A stretch of DNA of 64,000 nt from Acidobacteriota bacterium (GTDB taxonomy: Bacteria; Acidobacteriota; Thermoanaerobaculia; Gp7-AA8). The stretch covers positions 130,762 through 194,761 of the forward strand of contig JAFATB010000013.1 in assembly GCA_019244185.1 (NCBI GenBank), written 5' to 3'. Shown one piece after another: positions 56,353-64,000 of the stretch. How positions within the stretch are numbered: position 1 is the stretch's first letter; each line of letters starts with the position of its first letter. The notes below the pieces were generated by a model that ran no database searches, was not told the origin of the DNA, and was given only the letters and a program-made list of their open reading frames with translations. Made by a program: the position numbers and the translations under genes.

Positions 56353-56979
56353 ATGACGTTCAGGCGCGTTGTGCTCGTTGCCGCGGCCCTTGCTGTGTTC
56401 AGTCTCACGTCGCCGGCTGAAGCGCAGCCGATCGTGCAGGGCCCGGTGGTCGTCAACTATCCGGACGCACCGTTTGCTGCTCAGCTGGTCGGCACGCAGA
56501 TGGGGCCGGACAGCATGACCGTGGCGCTGGATGTCGAAAGCGAAACCGTAGTCACGCAGCCAGCCGTTCGCTTTCGTATATTCGCTGCAGACGGTTCATG
56601 CAAAGGTGCTCGGACATTTGCGCGCCGTGGCCAGCTTACCGACGGCAGCGTGGACACTTGGACGATTACGCTCAACGACGTCGCCGCCTCCGACCTCGTG
56701 GTCATCGTTCCTTACGAACGACGGACGTCCGTAGACGAATTTTCGCAACGCCCGGACATCTACAATCGAGTCGCAAAACTCTTCAAAAACCAAGCGCTCC
56801 GTATGGACGACTGGCAGTGCCGAAGCGAATGTCTGCACTTCGCTCAGGAGTGTTTTGCCTATTGTGGCAGTCTCACGCCCGTCCACGGTTACTGTACGAG
56901 TTGTTCATCACCGGGGTTCGAGTGCGGAGACGAGATGGTGTGCGAGTGCATTCCGAATGGTGGTTCCTGCTCGTTGTGA
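56353..56979 (+). CDS. Exported hypothetical protein with a 10-Cys C-terminal domain and atypical composition
   Basis: Signal MTFRRVVLVAAALAVFSLTSPAEA; tail CRSECLHFAQECFAYCGSLTPVHGYCTSCSSPGFECGDEMVCECIPNGGSCSL; visibly more A/T-ending codons than its neighbours. Confidence 0.75.
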   Translation: MTFRRVVLVAAALAVFSLTSPAEAQPIVQGPVVVNYPDAPFAAQLVGTQMGPDSMTVALDVESETVVTQPAVRFRIFAADGSCKGARTFARRGQLTDGSVDTWTITLNDVAASDLVVIVPYERRTSVDEFSQRPDIYNRVAKLFKNQALRMDDWQCRSECLHFAQECFAYCGSLTPVHGYCTSCSSPGFECGDEMVCECIPNGGSCSL

Positions 56980-57047
56980 TCGAGCCACCCCGATGCCCGT
57001 CGGTAAAAATGCAGCCGGACCCCTGCTGACTGGCGAGCGGAGCGGCG

Positions 57048-58595
57048 TCAACTAAGCGCCGCGCTGCTCGCGGCGAGCGCGCGCACGTACGACTCCGGAC
57101 CCTGCACCGCGGTGCGCTGCAGGTAGAACCAGAGGCCGCGGAGGCCGCCGAGCTCTTCGCCGGCGCCGGCGCGGCCGGGGCCGCCGTGGATGCAACTCGG
57201 CATCACCGTGCCGTGTCCCGGGTTCGCGGCCCGAACGCTTTCGTTGAGGATCATGACGCGGCCGTTGGTCTGCGCGAGGCGCAGCGCGGCGTCGCGCGCG
57301 AGCGTCTCGTCGGACGTGACGACCGAGGTCACGAGCGAGCCGCGGCCGCGCGCGGCGAGCGCGAACGCGTCTTCGATCGAGTCGTACGGAAGCAGCGTGG
57401 CGACGGGGCCGAAGACTTCGATGTCGTGCACCGCGCTCGCGGCGCCGGGATCGCGCGCCTCGAGCAGCATCGGCGCGACGAACGCGCCGCGCGACGGATC
57501 GTCGGCGTCGATGGCGGCGTTGCTGCCGTCGAACACCGGGCTCGTCTCGCGCGCGAGCTGCGCGAGTCCGTCGCGCACGCTCTGCTGTTGCCGCTTCGAC
57601 ACGACCGGTCCCATCTGCACGTCTGCCTTGCGCGGATCGCCGACCCGCACGTTCGCGAGCGCGGCGCGCAGCGCCTCGGTCACCTCGGTCGCTTTCGCGC
57701 GCGGAATGAGCGCGCGGCGAATGGCCGTGCATTTCTGCCCGGTGCGCAGCGTCATCTCGCGCACGGTCTCGCTGACGAAAAGGTCAACGTCGGTACTATC
57801 CGGTCCGAGGATGATCGCGTTGAGGCTGTCGGCCTCGCAGTTGACGCGCACCGCGCGCGCGATGACGCGCTGGTGGCCGCGCACGCGCGCGGCGGTGTCG
57901 GCGGAGCCGGTGAAGGCGATGACGTCGGCGGAGTCGACGTGATCGAGGAGATCGCGCACGCCGCCGGCGAGGAGCGTCAGCGCGCCGGCGGGAAGCAGGT
58001 TCGCGTCGACGACGTCGCGCACCATCTGCCAGGCGAGGAGCGCGGTCGACGACGCGGGTTTCGTCACGACCGGCACGCCGGCGAGCAGTGACACGGCGGC
58101 TTTCTCCCACGTGCCCCACGCGGGGAAGTTGAAGGCGTTGATGTGGATCGCGGCGCCGGTGCGCGGCGTGGCGAGGTGCACGGCCTGCAGCGACGCGTCG
58201 CGGCCAAGGGGGAACGGCTCGCCGTCGCGGACATGGTTCGTGTCGCCGAGGCCGGAGCCGAGCTTTGCGTAGTAGCGCAGCGTGCCGATCGCGCCGTCGA
58301 TGTCGAACGAGGCGTCGCGTTCGGTGTTGCCGGAGTTCGCGCGGGCGATCTCCATGTACGCGGGGCGGCGGCTGATGAAGAGCTTCGCGATGGCGTCGAG
58401 CATCTTCGCGCGCGCGGCGAAGGTGAGCTCGCGGAGCGCGGGACCGCCGGTGTTGCGCGCGTAGGCGAGGGCGGCGCCGAGGTCGAGGCCTTCGGTCGAG
58501 ACGCGCGCGAGCTCCTCGCCGGTGACGGGATCGGTGAGCGGCTCACCCTCTCCGGTTCCTGCGATCCAGCGGCATTCCACGTAGTTCTCGAGCAT
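57048..58595 (-). CDS. boxD: 3,4-dehydroadipyl-CoA semialdehyde dehydrogenase (PaaZ-like ALDH)
   Basis: HINAFNFPAWG.WEKAA, FTGSA, EADSLN, GQKCTAIRR, EVFGP, HGGPGRAGAGEELGGLR; next to boxR/C/B. Confidence 0.88.
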   Translation of the reverse strand: MLENYVECRWIAGTGEGEPLTDPVTGEELARVSTEGLDLGAALAYARNTGGPALRELTFAARAKMLDAIAKLFISRRPAYMEIARANSGNTERDASFDIDGAIGTLRYYAKLGSGLGDTNHVRDGEPFPLGRDASLQAVHLATPRTGAAIHINAFNFPAWGTWEKAAVSLLAGVPVVTKPASSTALLAWQMVRDVVDANLLPAGALTLLAGGVRDLLDHVDSADVIAFTGSADTAARVRGHQRVIARAVRVNCEADSLNAIILGPDSTDVDLFVSETVREMTLRTGQKCTAIRRALIPRAKATEVTEALRAALANVRVGDPRKADVQMGPVVSKRQQQSVRDGLAQLARETSPVFDGSNAAIDADDPSRGAFVAPMLLEARDPGAASAVHDIEVFGPVATLLPYDSIEDAFALAARGRGSLVTSVVTSDETLARDAALRLAQTNGRVMILNESVRAANPGHGTVMPSCIHGGPGRAGAGEELGGLRGLWFYLQRTAVQGPESYVRALAASSAALS

Positions 58596-58611
58596 CGGGC
58601 GTCCTCCGGCG

Positions 58612-58627
58612 GCGAACTATAATTCCG
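58612..58627. promoter_or_regulatory. Candidate BoxR operator overlapping TATAAT (GCGAA-CTATAA-TTCCG)
   Basis: Imperfect palindrome in the boxD/boxR divergent gap; a similar copy lies upstream of boxC. Confidence 0.6.
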
Positions 58628-58635
58628 AATCGGTC

Positions 58636-59511
58636 ATGACAGAAGTCTCGGACGACGCATTCCTGCGCACCTTCGGCGAGCGCATCCGCGCGGAGCGCGC
58701 GCGGCGCGGCATGAGCCGCAAGCTGCTGGCCGATCACGCGCGGATGTCCGAGCGCTACATCACGCAGATCGAGTCGGGGAAGGGGAACATCTCGATCCTG
58801 CTGCTGCGGCAGGTCGCGGCGGCGCTCGGGCTGCCGCTCTCGCGGCTGGTGGAGGACGAGAGCCCGTCGGCAGAGCTGACGCTCGTGCGGCAGTTCCTCG
58901 CGAGGTTGACGCCGGCGCAGCTGAAGGAAGCGCACGCCTCGCTCGCCGCGCGTTTCGCATCGGATGCGACGGTGCTGCGCACGCAACGCATCGCGCTCGT
59001 CGGCCTGCGCGGCGCGGGGAAGACGACGCTCGGCGCGGCGCTGGCGAAGGCGCGAAACGTCCCGTTTTTCGAGCTCGACCGGCAGATCGAGCGGCTCGCG
59101 GGGACATCGCTCGGCGTCATTCTCGAGATGTACGGACAGCCCGCATACCGGCGGTACGAACTGCAGGCGTTGCACGAGCTGCTCGAAGCGCATCCGCGCT
59201 TCGTCGTCGCGACGGGCGGCGGACTCGTCTCCGAGCCGGCGACGTACGAGCTGCTGCTGCGGCACTGCTTCACGGTGTGGGTGCGCGCGACGCCGGAGGA
59301 GCACATGGAGCGCGTCATCGCGCAGGGCGACCGCCGTCCGATGGCAGGCTCGGCGCAGGCGATGGATGACCTGCGTAGAATCCTTGACGAGCGGACGCCG
59401 CTGTATGCGCGCGCGGACGTGACGATCGAGACCGCGGGGAAGAGTGTGGAGAAGACGTTGCGGGAGCTGAAGGCGCGGCTGCCGCGTTCTCGTGGCGGTC
59501 GAGAGAAATAA
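58636..59511 (+). CDS. boxR: BzdR/BoxR family benzoyl-CoA-responsive repressor (XRE HTH plus shikimate-kinase-like domain)
   Basis: R.RRGMSRK.LA...SERY..QIESGKGNIS; IALVGLRGAGKTTLG; PEEHM.RVIAQGD.RPM. Confidence 0.92.
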   Translation: MTEVSDDAFLRTFGERIRAERARRGMSRKLLADHARMSERYITQIESGKGNISILLLRQVAAALGLPLSRLVEDESPSAELTLVRQFLARLTPAQLKEAHASLAARFASDATVLRTQRIALVGLRGAGKTTLGAALAKARNVPFFELDRQIERLAGTSLGVILEMYGQPAYRRYELQALHELLEAHPRFVVATGGGLVSEPATYELLLRHCFTVWVRATPEEHMERVIAQGDRRPMAGSAQAMDDLRRILDERTPLYARADVTIETAGKSVEKTLRELKARLPRSRGGREK

Positions 59512-59531
59512 TTCGGCACCGGTTCCGCATT

Positions 59532-59547
59532 CGGAACTATACTGCCG
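59532..59547. promoter_or_regulatory. Candidate BoxR operator CGGAA-CTATAC-TGCCG overlapping the -10 (TATACT) of boxC
   Basis: Imperfect palindrome sharing GAACTATAmTkCCG with the 58612 site. Confidence 0.6.
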
Positions 59548-59559
59548 GACATTGCGGAG

Positions 59560-61200
59560 GTGCTTTTGATCACATTCGACCGTGAACCCAACTCGTACCA
59601 GCACTGGCGGCTCACGTTCGACGGGCCGGTGGCGACGCTGCTGCTCGACGTCAACGAAGACTCGGGCATCGAGCCGGGCTACAAGCTGAAGCTCAACTCC
59701 TACGACCTCGGCGTCGACATCGAGCTGCGCGACGCGCTGGAGCGCATCCGCTTCGAGCATCCGGAAGTCGGCGCGGTGGTCATCGGCAGCGCGAAGGAGC
59801 GCATGTTCTGCGCCGGCGCGAACATCTACATGCTCGGCAAGTCGAGCCACGCGTGGAAGGTGAACTTCTGCAAGTTCACGAACGAGACGCGCAACTCGAT
59901 CGAAGACTCGAGCGAAACGTCGGGACTCAAGTTCCTCGCTGCGGTCAACGGCACGGCGGCGGGCGGCGGGTACGAGCTCGCGCTGGCGGCGGACGAGATC
60001 GTGCTCGTCGACGACCGGTCGAGCACGGTCAGCTTCCCCGAGGTGCCGCTGCTGGCGGTGCTGCCGGGTACGGGCGGGCTCACGCGGCTCGTCGACAAGC
60101 GGAAGATCCGCCGCGATCTCGCGGATGTTTTTTGTACGACCGCGGAAGGCATCGGCGGCGCGAAGGCGAAAACGTGGGGGCTGGTCGATGAAGTCGCGCC
60201 GCCGCGCACCTTCGCGGACAAAGTGAACGAACGCGCCCAGGCGCTCGCGGCGCAGACCGATCGTCCGAAGGACGCGCAGGGCATTGCGCTCACGCCGCTC
60301 GAACGCGTCATCGACGAGCAGGGCGTGCACTACCGCTACGTCGACGTCGCGATCGATGACGGCGCGCGGACGATCACCATCACCGTCAACGCGCCGGCGG
60401 TGGACGAAGCGGACGAGCTCGACGCGATCGTCGCGAAAGGCGCGCAGTGGTGGCCGCTGGCGATGGCGCGCGAGCTCGACGACGCGATTCTCCATCTGCG
60501 CACGAACGTGCGCGAAGGCGGCATCTGGGTGTTCAAGACGCGCGGCGACAGCGACGCCGTGCTGCGCATCGACGCGGCGCTGGAGCGTCACGCGAACCAC
60601 TGGCTCGTGCGCGAGGTGACGAATCTCATCCGCCGCACGTTCGCGCGGCTCGAAGTCTCGTCGCGCAGCATCTACGCGGTCATCGACGAAGGCTCGGCGT
60701 TCGCGGGCACGCTCTTCGAGCTCGCGCTCGCGGCGGATCGCTCGTACATGCTCGCGGCGGAGAACGGCCCGAGCATCGTGCTCAGTTCGATGAACTTCGG
60801 CCCGTATCGCATGCCGAATCGCATGACGCGGCTCGAGACGCGTTTCGGCGGCGACGCCGCGGAGCAAGTGGAAGCGCTGCGCGCGCGCGTCGGCGAGCGG
60901 CTCGATGCGGAGGCCGCGCTCGACGCGGGGCTCATCACGTTCGCGCCGGACGATCTCGACTGGGACGACGAGCTGCGGCTGGCGATCGAGGAGCGTTCGA
61001 GTCTGTCGCCCGACGCGCTCACCGGCATGGAAGCGAGCCTGCGCTTCGGCGGACGCGAAACGACGGCGACGAAAATCTTCGGCCGGCTCTCGGCCTGGCA
61101 GAACTGGATCTTCATCCGGCCGAACGCGGTCGGCGACGAAGGCGCGCTGAAGCTGTTCGGCAGCGGCACCAAGCCACGATTCTCGTGGGAAAGGGTCTGA
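59560..61200 (+). CDS. boxC: 2,3-epoxybenzoyl-CoA dihydrolase
   Basis: GYKLKLNSYDLGVDIEL, RFEHPEV, KVNFCKFTNETRN, PEVPLLAVLPGTGG, IFGRLSAWQNWIF.RPNA. Confidence 0.96.
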   Translation: MLLITFDREPNSYQHWRLTFDGPVATLLLDVNEDSGIEPGYKLKLNSYDLGVDIELRDALERIRFEHPEVGAVVIGSAKERMFCAGANIYMLGKSSHAWKVNFCKFTNETRNSIEDSSETSGLKFLAAVNGTAAGGGYELALAADEIVLVDDRSSTVSFPEVPLLAVLPGTGGLTRLVDKRKIRRDLADVFCTTAEGIGGAKAKTWGLVDEVAPPRTFADKVNERAQALAAQTDRPKDAQGIALTPLERVIDEQGVHYRYVDVAIDDGARTITITVNAPAVDEADELDAIVAKGAQWWPLAMARELDDAILHLRTNVREGGIWVFKTRGDSDAVLRIDAALERHANHWLVREVTNLIRRTFARLEVSSRSIYAVIDEGSAFAGTLFELALAADRSYMLAAENGPSIVLSSMNFGPYRMPNRMTRLETRFGGDAAEQVEALRARVGERLDAEAALDAGLITFAPDDLDWDDELRLAIEERSSLSPDALTGMEASLRFGGRETTATKIFGRLSAWQNWIFIRPNAVGDEGALKLFGSGTKPRFSWERV

Positions 61201-61205
61201 TCATC

Positions 61206-62630
61206 ATGGGCGGCATCAATTACGACGAGCGGATTCCGAACAATGTCGAGCTCTCGACGAACAAGACGCTGCAGCGCGCGCTGGAGCACTGGCAGCCGCG
61301 TTTTCTCGACTGGTGGAAAGACCTCGGCCCCGAGGTCTTCCAGAACAACGACGTGTATCTGCGCACGGCGACGTCGGTCGACGCGCAAGGGTGGGCGACG
61401 TTCGGAATGGTGCGCATGCCGGAGTATCGCTGGGGCATCTTCCTCGCCGATCCGAAGGCGAACCGCACGATCGGCTTCGGCGACAACATCGGCGCGCCGG
61501 CGTGGCAGGTCGTGCCGGGCGAGCATCGCTCGACGCTGCGCCGCCTCATCGTGACGCAGGGCGACACCGAGCCCGCGTCGGTCGAGCAGCAGCGCGCGCT
61601 CGGCAAGACCGCGCCGTCGCTCTACGACCTGCGCAACCTCTTTCAGGTGAACGTCGAGGAAGGCCGCCATCTGTGGGCGATGGTGTATCTGCTCCACGCG
61701 TACTTTGGGCGCGACGGCCGCGAGGAAGCGGAAGGGCTGCTCGAGCGCCACGCCGGCGACGCCGACAAGCCGCGCATCCTGACGACGTTCAACGAGCCGA
61801 TCCGTGACTGGCTGTCGTTCTACATGTTTGCCTATTTCACCGACCGCGACGGCAAGTTCCAGCTCAAGGCGCTCGCGGAAAGCGGCTTCGATCCGCTCGC
61901 GCGGACCTGCCAGTTCATGCTCACTGAAGAAGCGCATCACATGTTCGTCGGCGACAGCGGCATCGGCCGCGTCGTGCGGCGCACCGTCGAAGTGATGAAT
62001 GAGCTGAAGACCGAAGACCCGCAGAAGATCCGCGCGGCGGGCGCGATCGATCTGCAGACGATTCAGAAGTACATGAACTTCTGGTTCAGCTCCGCGCTGG
62101 ATTTGTTCGGCTCCGAAGTCTCGTCGAACGCGGCGAGCTACTTCGCGAACGGACTCAAAGGTCGTCCCGACGAGTCGCTGTACGACGACCACGTCGCGAA
62201 CGGCGACTACACGCTCGACCTGCCCGACGGCCGCGGCGGCGTGAAGGCGGAGACGGTCTCGATGCGCAACGCGATGAACGAAGTCATGCGCGCGGCGTAC
62301 ATCCGCGACTGCGAGAACGGCGTGAAGCGCTGGAACAAGATCATCGAGAAGGGCGGCGTCGACTTCGAGCTGCGTCTGCCGAGCGCGCGTTTCCGGCGCA
62401 CGGTCGGCGCGTGGTCGAACGTCCCGACCGATCCCGCGGGCAACCCGATCGCGCCGGAGGCGTTCGCGGCTGGCATGCCGTCGTGGATTCCGACGCCGGA
62501 CGATCAGGAGTTTGTGCAGTCGATGATGCAGCCGGTGCTCGAGCCGGGCAAAGTCGCGAGCTGGATCGCGGCGCCGGAGCGCGGCATCAACAACCTGCCG
62601 GTCGATTACGAGTACGTGCGCGTCGCGTAG
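61206..62630 (+). CDS. boxB: Benzoyl-CoA 2,3-epoxidase subunit B (di-iron)
   Basis: IPNNV.L, LQRALEHWQP, TQGDTEPASVEQQ, VEEGRHLWAM, MLTEEAHHMFVG, DYEYVR. Confidence 0.96.
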   Translation: MGGINYDERIPNNVELSTNKTLQRALEHWQPRFLDWWKDLGPEVFQNNDVYLRTATSVDAQGWATFGMVRMPEYRWGIFLADPKANRTIGFGDNIGAPAWQVVPGEHRSTLRRLIVTQGDTEPASVEQQRALGKTAPSLYDLRNLFQVNVEEGRHLWAMVYLLHAYFGRDGREEAEGLLERHAGDADKPRILTTFNEPIRDWLSFYMFAYFTDRDGKFQLKALAESGFDPLARTCQFMLTEEAHHMFVGDSGIGRVVRRTVEVMNELKTEDPQKIRAAGAIDLQTIQKYMNFWFSSALDLFGSEVSSNAASYFANGLKGRPDESLYDDHVANGDYTLDLPDGRGGVKAETVSMRNAMNEVMRAAYIRDCENGVKRWNKIIEKGGVDFELRLPSARFRRTVGAWSNVPTDPAGNPIAPEAFAAGMPSWIPTPDDQEFVQSMMQPVLEPGKVASWIAAPERGINNLPVDYEYVRVA

Positions 62631-64000
62631 CGGCGCGCATCGTCGGGCGGGAGCGGCCGGGCGAAGTAGAAGCCTTGCGCGAAATCGACGGCGAGGTCGC
62701 GCATGCGCGCGGCCTGCTCGGTCGTCTCCAGTCCTTCGACCGTGACCTGCATGCCGAGGAGGCGCGCGAGCGAGGCGATGGTGCGCACGATGTCGTCGCC
62801 GCGCCGCGCGTCGGCGTCGAGCAGGAACGAGCGATCGATCTTCAGCACGTCGAACGGAAACTGGCGCAGCGAGCTCAGTGACGAGTAGCCGGTGCCGAAG
62901 TCGTCGAGGCTGAGGCCGACGCCGAGCGCGCGCAGATCGCCGAGCAACGCAGCGGCCGCGTCGGCGCTTTCGATGAGCACGCTCTCGGTGACTTCGAGAT
63001 GCAAGCGGCGCGGCGCGATGCCGCTTTCGTCCAGCGCCGCGCGCACGCGTTCGACCACGTCCGGCTGCAGCAGCTGACGCGCGGAGAGGTTCACGTGGAT
63101 GGCGAGCTCGCCGCCGCCGGCGTGCGTGTCGTCCCAGTCGCGCAGCTGACGCAGCGCCTCGCGCAGCACCCAGTCGCCGATCGGCAGGATGAGGCCCGTC
63201 TCTTCCGCGAGCGGAACGATCTTGTCCGCGCCGACGAGCTCCGCGCCGCGCTGCCAGCGCACGAGCGCCTCGAAGCCGCACACTTTGGCCGTCCGCAGCG
63301 AGACGATTGGCTGGTAGTGCACGCGCAGCTCGCCGCGGTCGATGGCGCGCCGCAGATCGGTCTCGAACTGCAGCAGGTCGACGACGCGCGCGTGCATCGC
63401 GGCGTCGAACAGCTCGTGCCGCGCTTTCCCCTGCGCCTTCGCGCGGTACATGGCGATGTCCGCGTCGCGCAGCACATCCTCGGAACGCTCGTAGCCGGTC
63501 GTGCTGACGGCGATGCCGGTGCTGACCGTCGTGAAGATCTCGTGCGAGCCGATCGTGAACGGCACGAGCAGCGCGTCGTGGATGCGGCGCGCGGTGCGCA
63601 CCGCGCCGCCCGCGTCGTGGATCTCCTCGACCAGCACGGCGAACTCGTCGCCGCCGAGGCGCGCGACGACGTCGCCGCCGCGGGTGGCCTGCTGGAGCCG
63701 CGCGGCGACCTCGACGAGCAGGGCGTCGCCCGCGGCGTGGCCGAACGAGTCGTTGACGAGCTTGAAGCGGTCGATGTCGAGGAACGCCACCGCGACGTTC
63801 GTCCCCTGCCGCCGCGCATACGCGAACGCCACGGCGGCGCGGTCCATGAACAGCAGGCGATTCGGCAGGTCGGTGAGCGCGTCGTGGAACGCGAGGCGTT
63901 TCACTTCGTTCGTCGTGCGGAGGTAGAGCGCGCGCTCGCGGTAGAGCAGCCACGCGAGCGTGACGGAGACCAGGAAGCCGGCGGCCGCGAGCGGCAGCGT
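62606..64000 (-). CDS. Membrane-anchored GGDEF-EAL protein (5' part outside the window)
   Basis: The frame is open to the edge with a TM helix (AAAGFLVSVTLAWLL). HDALTDLPNR, RLGGDEF, YQPIV, FEALVRW, EVTES, DDFGTGYSSL, LKIDRSF, VEG.E, QGF. Confidence 0.93.
   Translation of the reverse strand, partial: TLPLAAAGFLVSVTLAWLLYRERALYLRTTNEVKRLAFHDALTDLPNRLLFMDRAAVAFAYARRQGTNVAVAFLDIDRFKLVNDSFGHAAGDALLVEVAARLQQATRGGDVVARLGGDEFAVLVEEIHDAGGAVRTARRIHDALLVPFTIGSHEIFTTVSTGIAVSTTGYERSEDVLRDADIAMYRAKAQGKARHELFDAAMHARVVDLLQFETDLRRAIDRGELRVHYQPIVSLRTAKVCGFEALVRWQRGAELVGADKIVPLAEETGLILPIGDWVLREALRQLRDWDDTHAGGGELAIHVNLSARQLLQPDVVERVRAALDESGIAPRRLHLEVTESVLIESADAAAALLGDLRALGVGLSLDDFGTGYSSLSSLRQFPFDVLKIDRSFLLDADARRGDDIVRTIASLARLLGMQVTVEGLETTEQAARMRDLAVDFAQGFYFARPLPPDDARRYATRTYS

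Noticed and set aside
60672-63953. 1093-aa minus-strand ORF
   Set aside because: Arg/Ala-rich shadow frame overlapping boxC, boxB and the real GGDEF-EAL frame.
1-64000. tRNA, rRNA, IS elements, prophage or defence systems
   Set aside because: No recognisable signatures by eye, and intergenic gaps are mostly under 130 bp. A covariance-model or HMM search would be needed to exclude small RNAs.

Overview
A very GC-rich, gene-dense bacterial window with about 60 genes. The gene style resembles Acidobacteriota, possibly Thermoanaerobaculia (inference). I found no rRNA, tRNA, CRISPR array, integrase or transposase. Housekeeping genes: rsmD-phoH-ybeY, cca, ispG-lspA, mrp/apbC, scoAB, yceH and a glpD-like gene. 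Catabolism: an aerobic benzoyl-CoA cluster (boxD<-boxR-boxC-boxB) with no adjacent boxA or CoA ligase. There are many secreted hydrolases and peptidases: B3 metallo-beta-lactamase, class C-like serine hydrolase, M14, M16, M23, M56 and esterases. Signalling genes include GGDEF, GGDEF-EAL, DUF4388/MshEN-like, an ECF sigma module, MocR, SARP-REC and CadC-like. Main leads: (1) a diguanylate cyclase coupled to a DUF4388 protein with a c-di-GMP-binding MshEN-type motif; (2) a hidden deacetylase-esterase fusion divergent from BlaI/M56-M23, sharing a palindromic operator; (3) a 1200-aa membrane-anchored, kinase-less coiled-coil receiver protein with recent 219-bp tandem repeats; (4) candidate non-canonical BoxR operators; (5) an atypical secreted protein with a 10-Cys defensin-like tail; (6) a Rof homologue; (7) tandem 11/15-residue coiled-coil paralogues; (8) apparently widespread leaderless transcription. 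Several single-base frameshifts suggest residual long-read errors, so the pseudogene calls are provisional.
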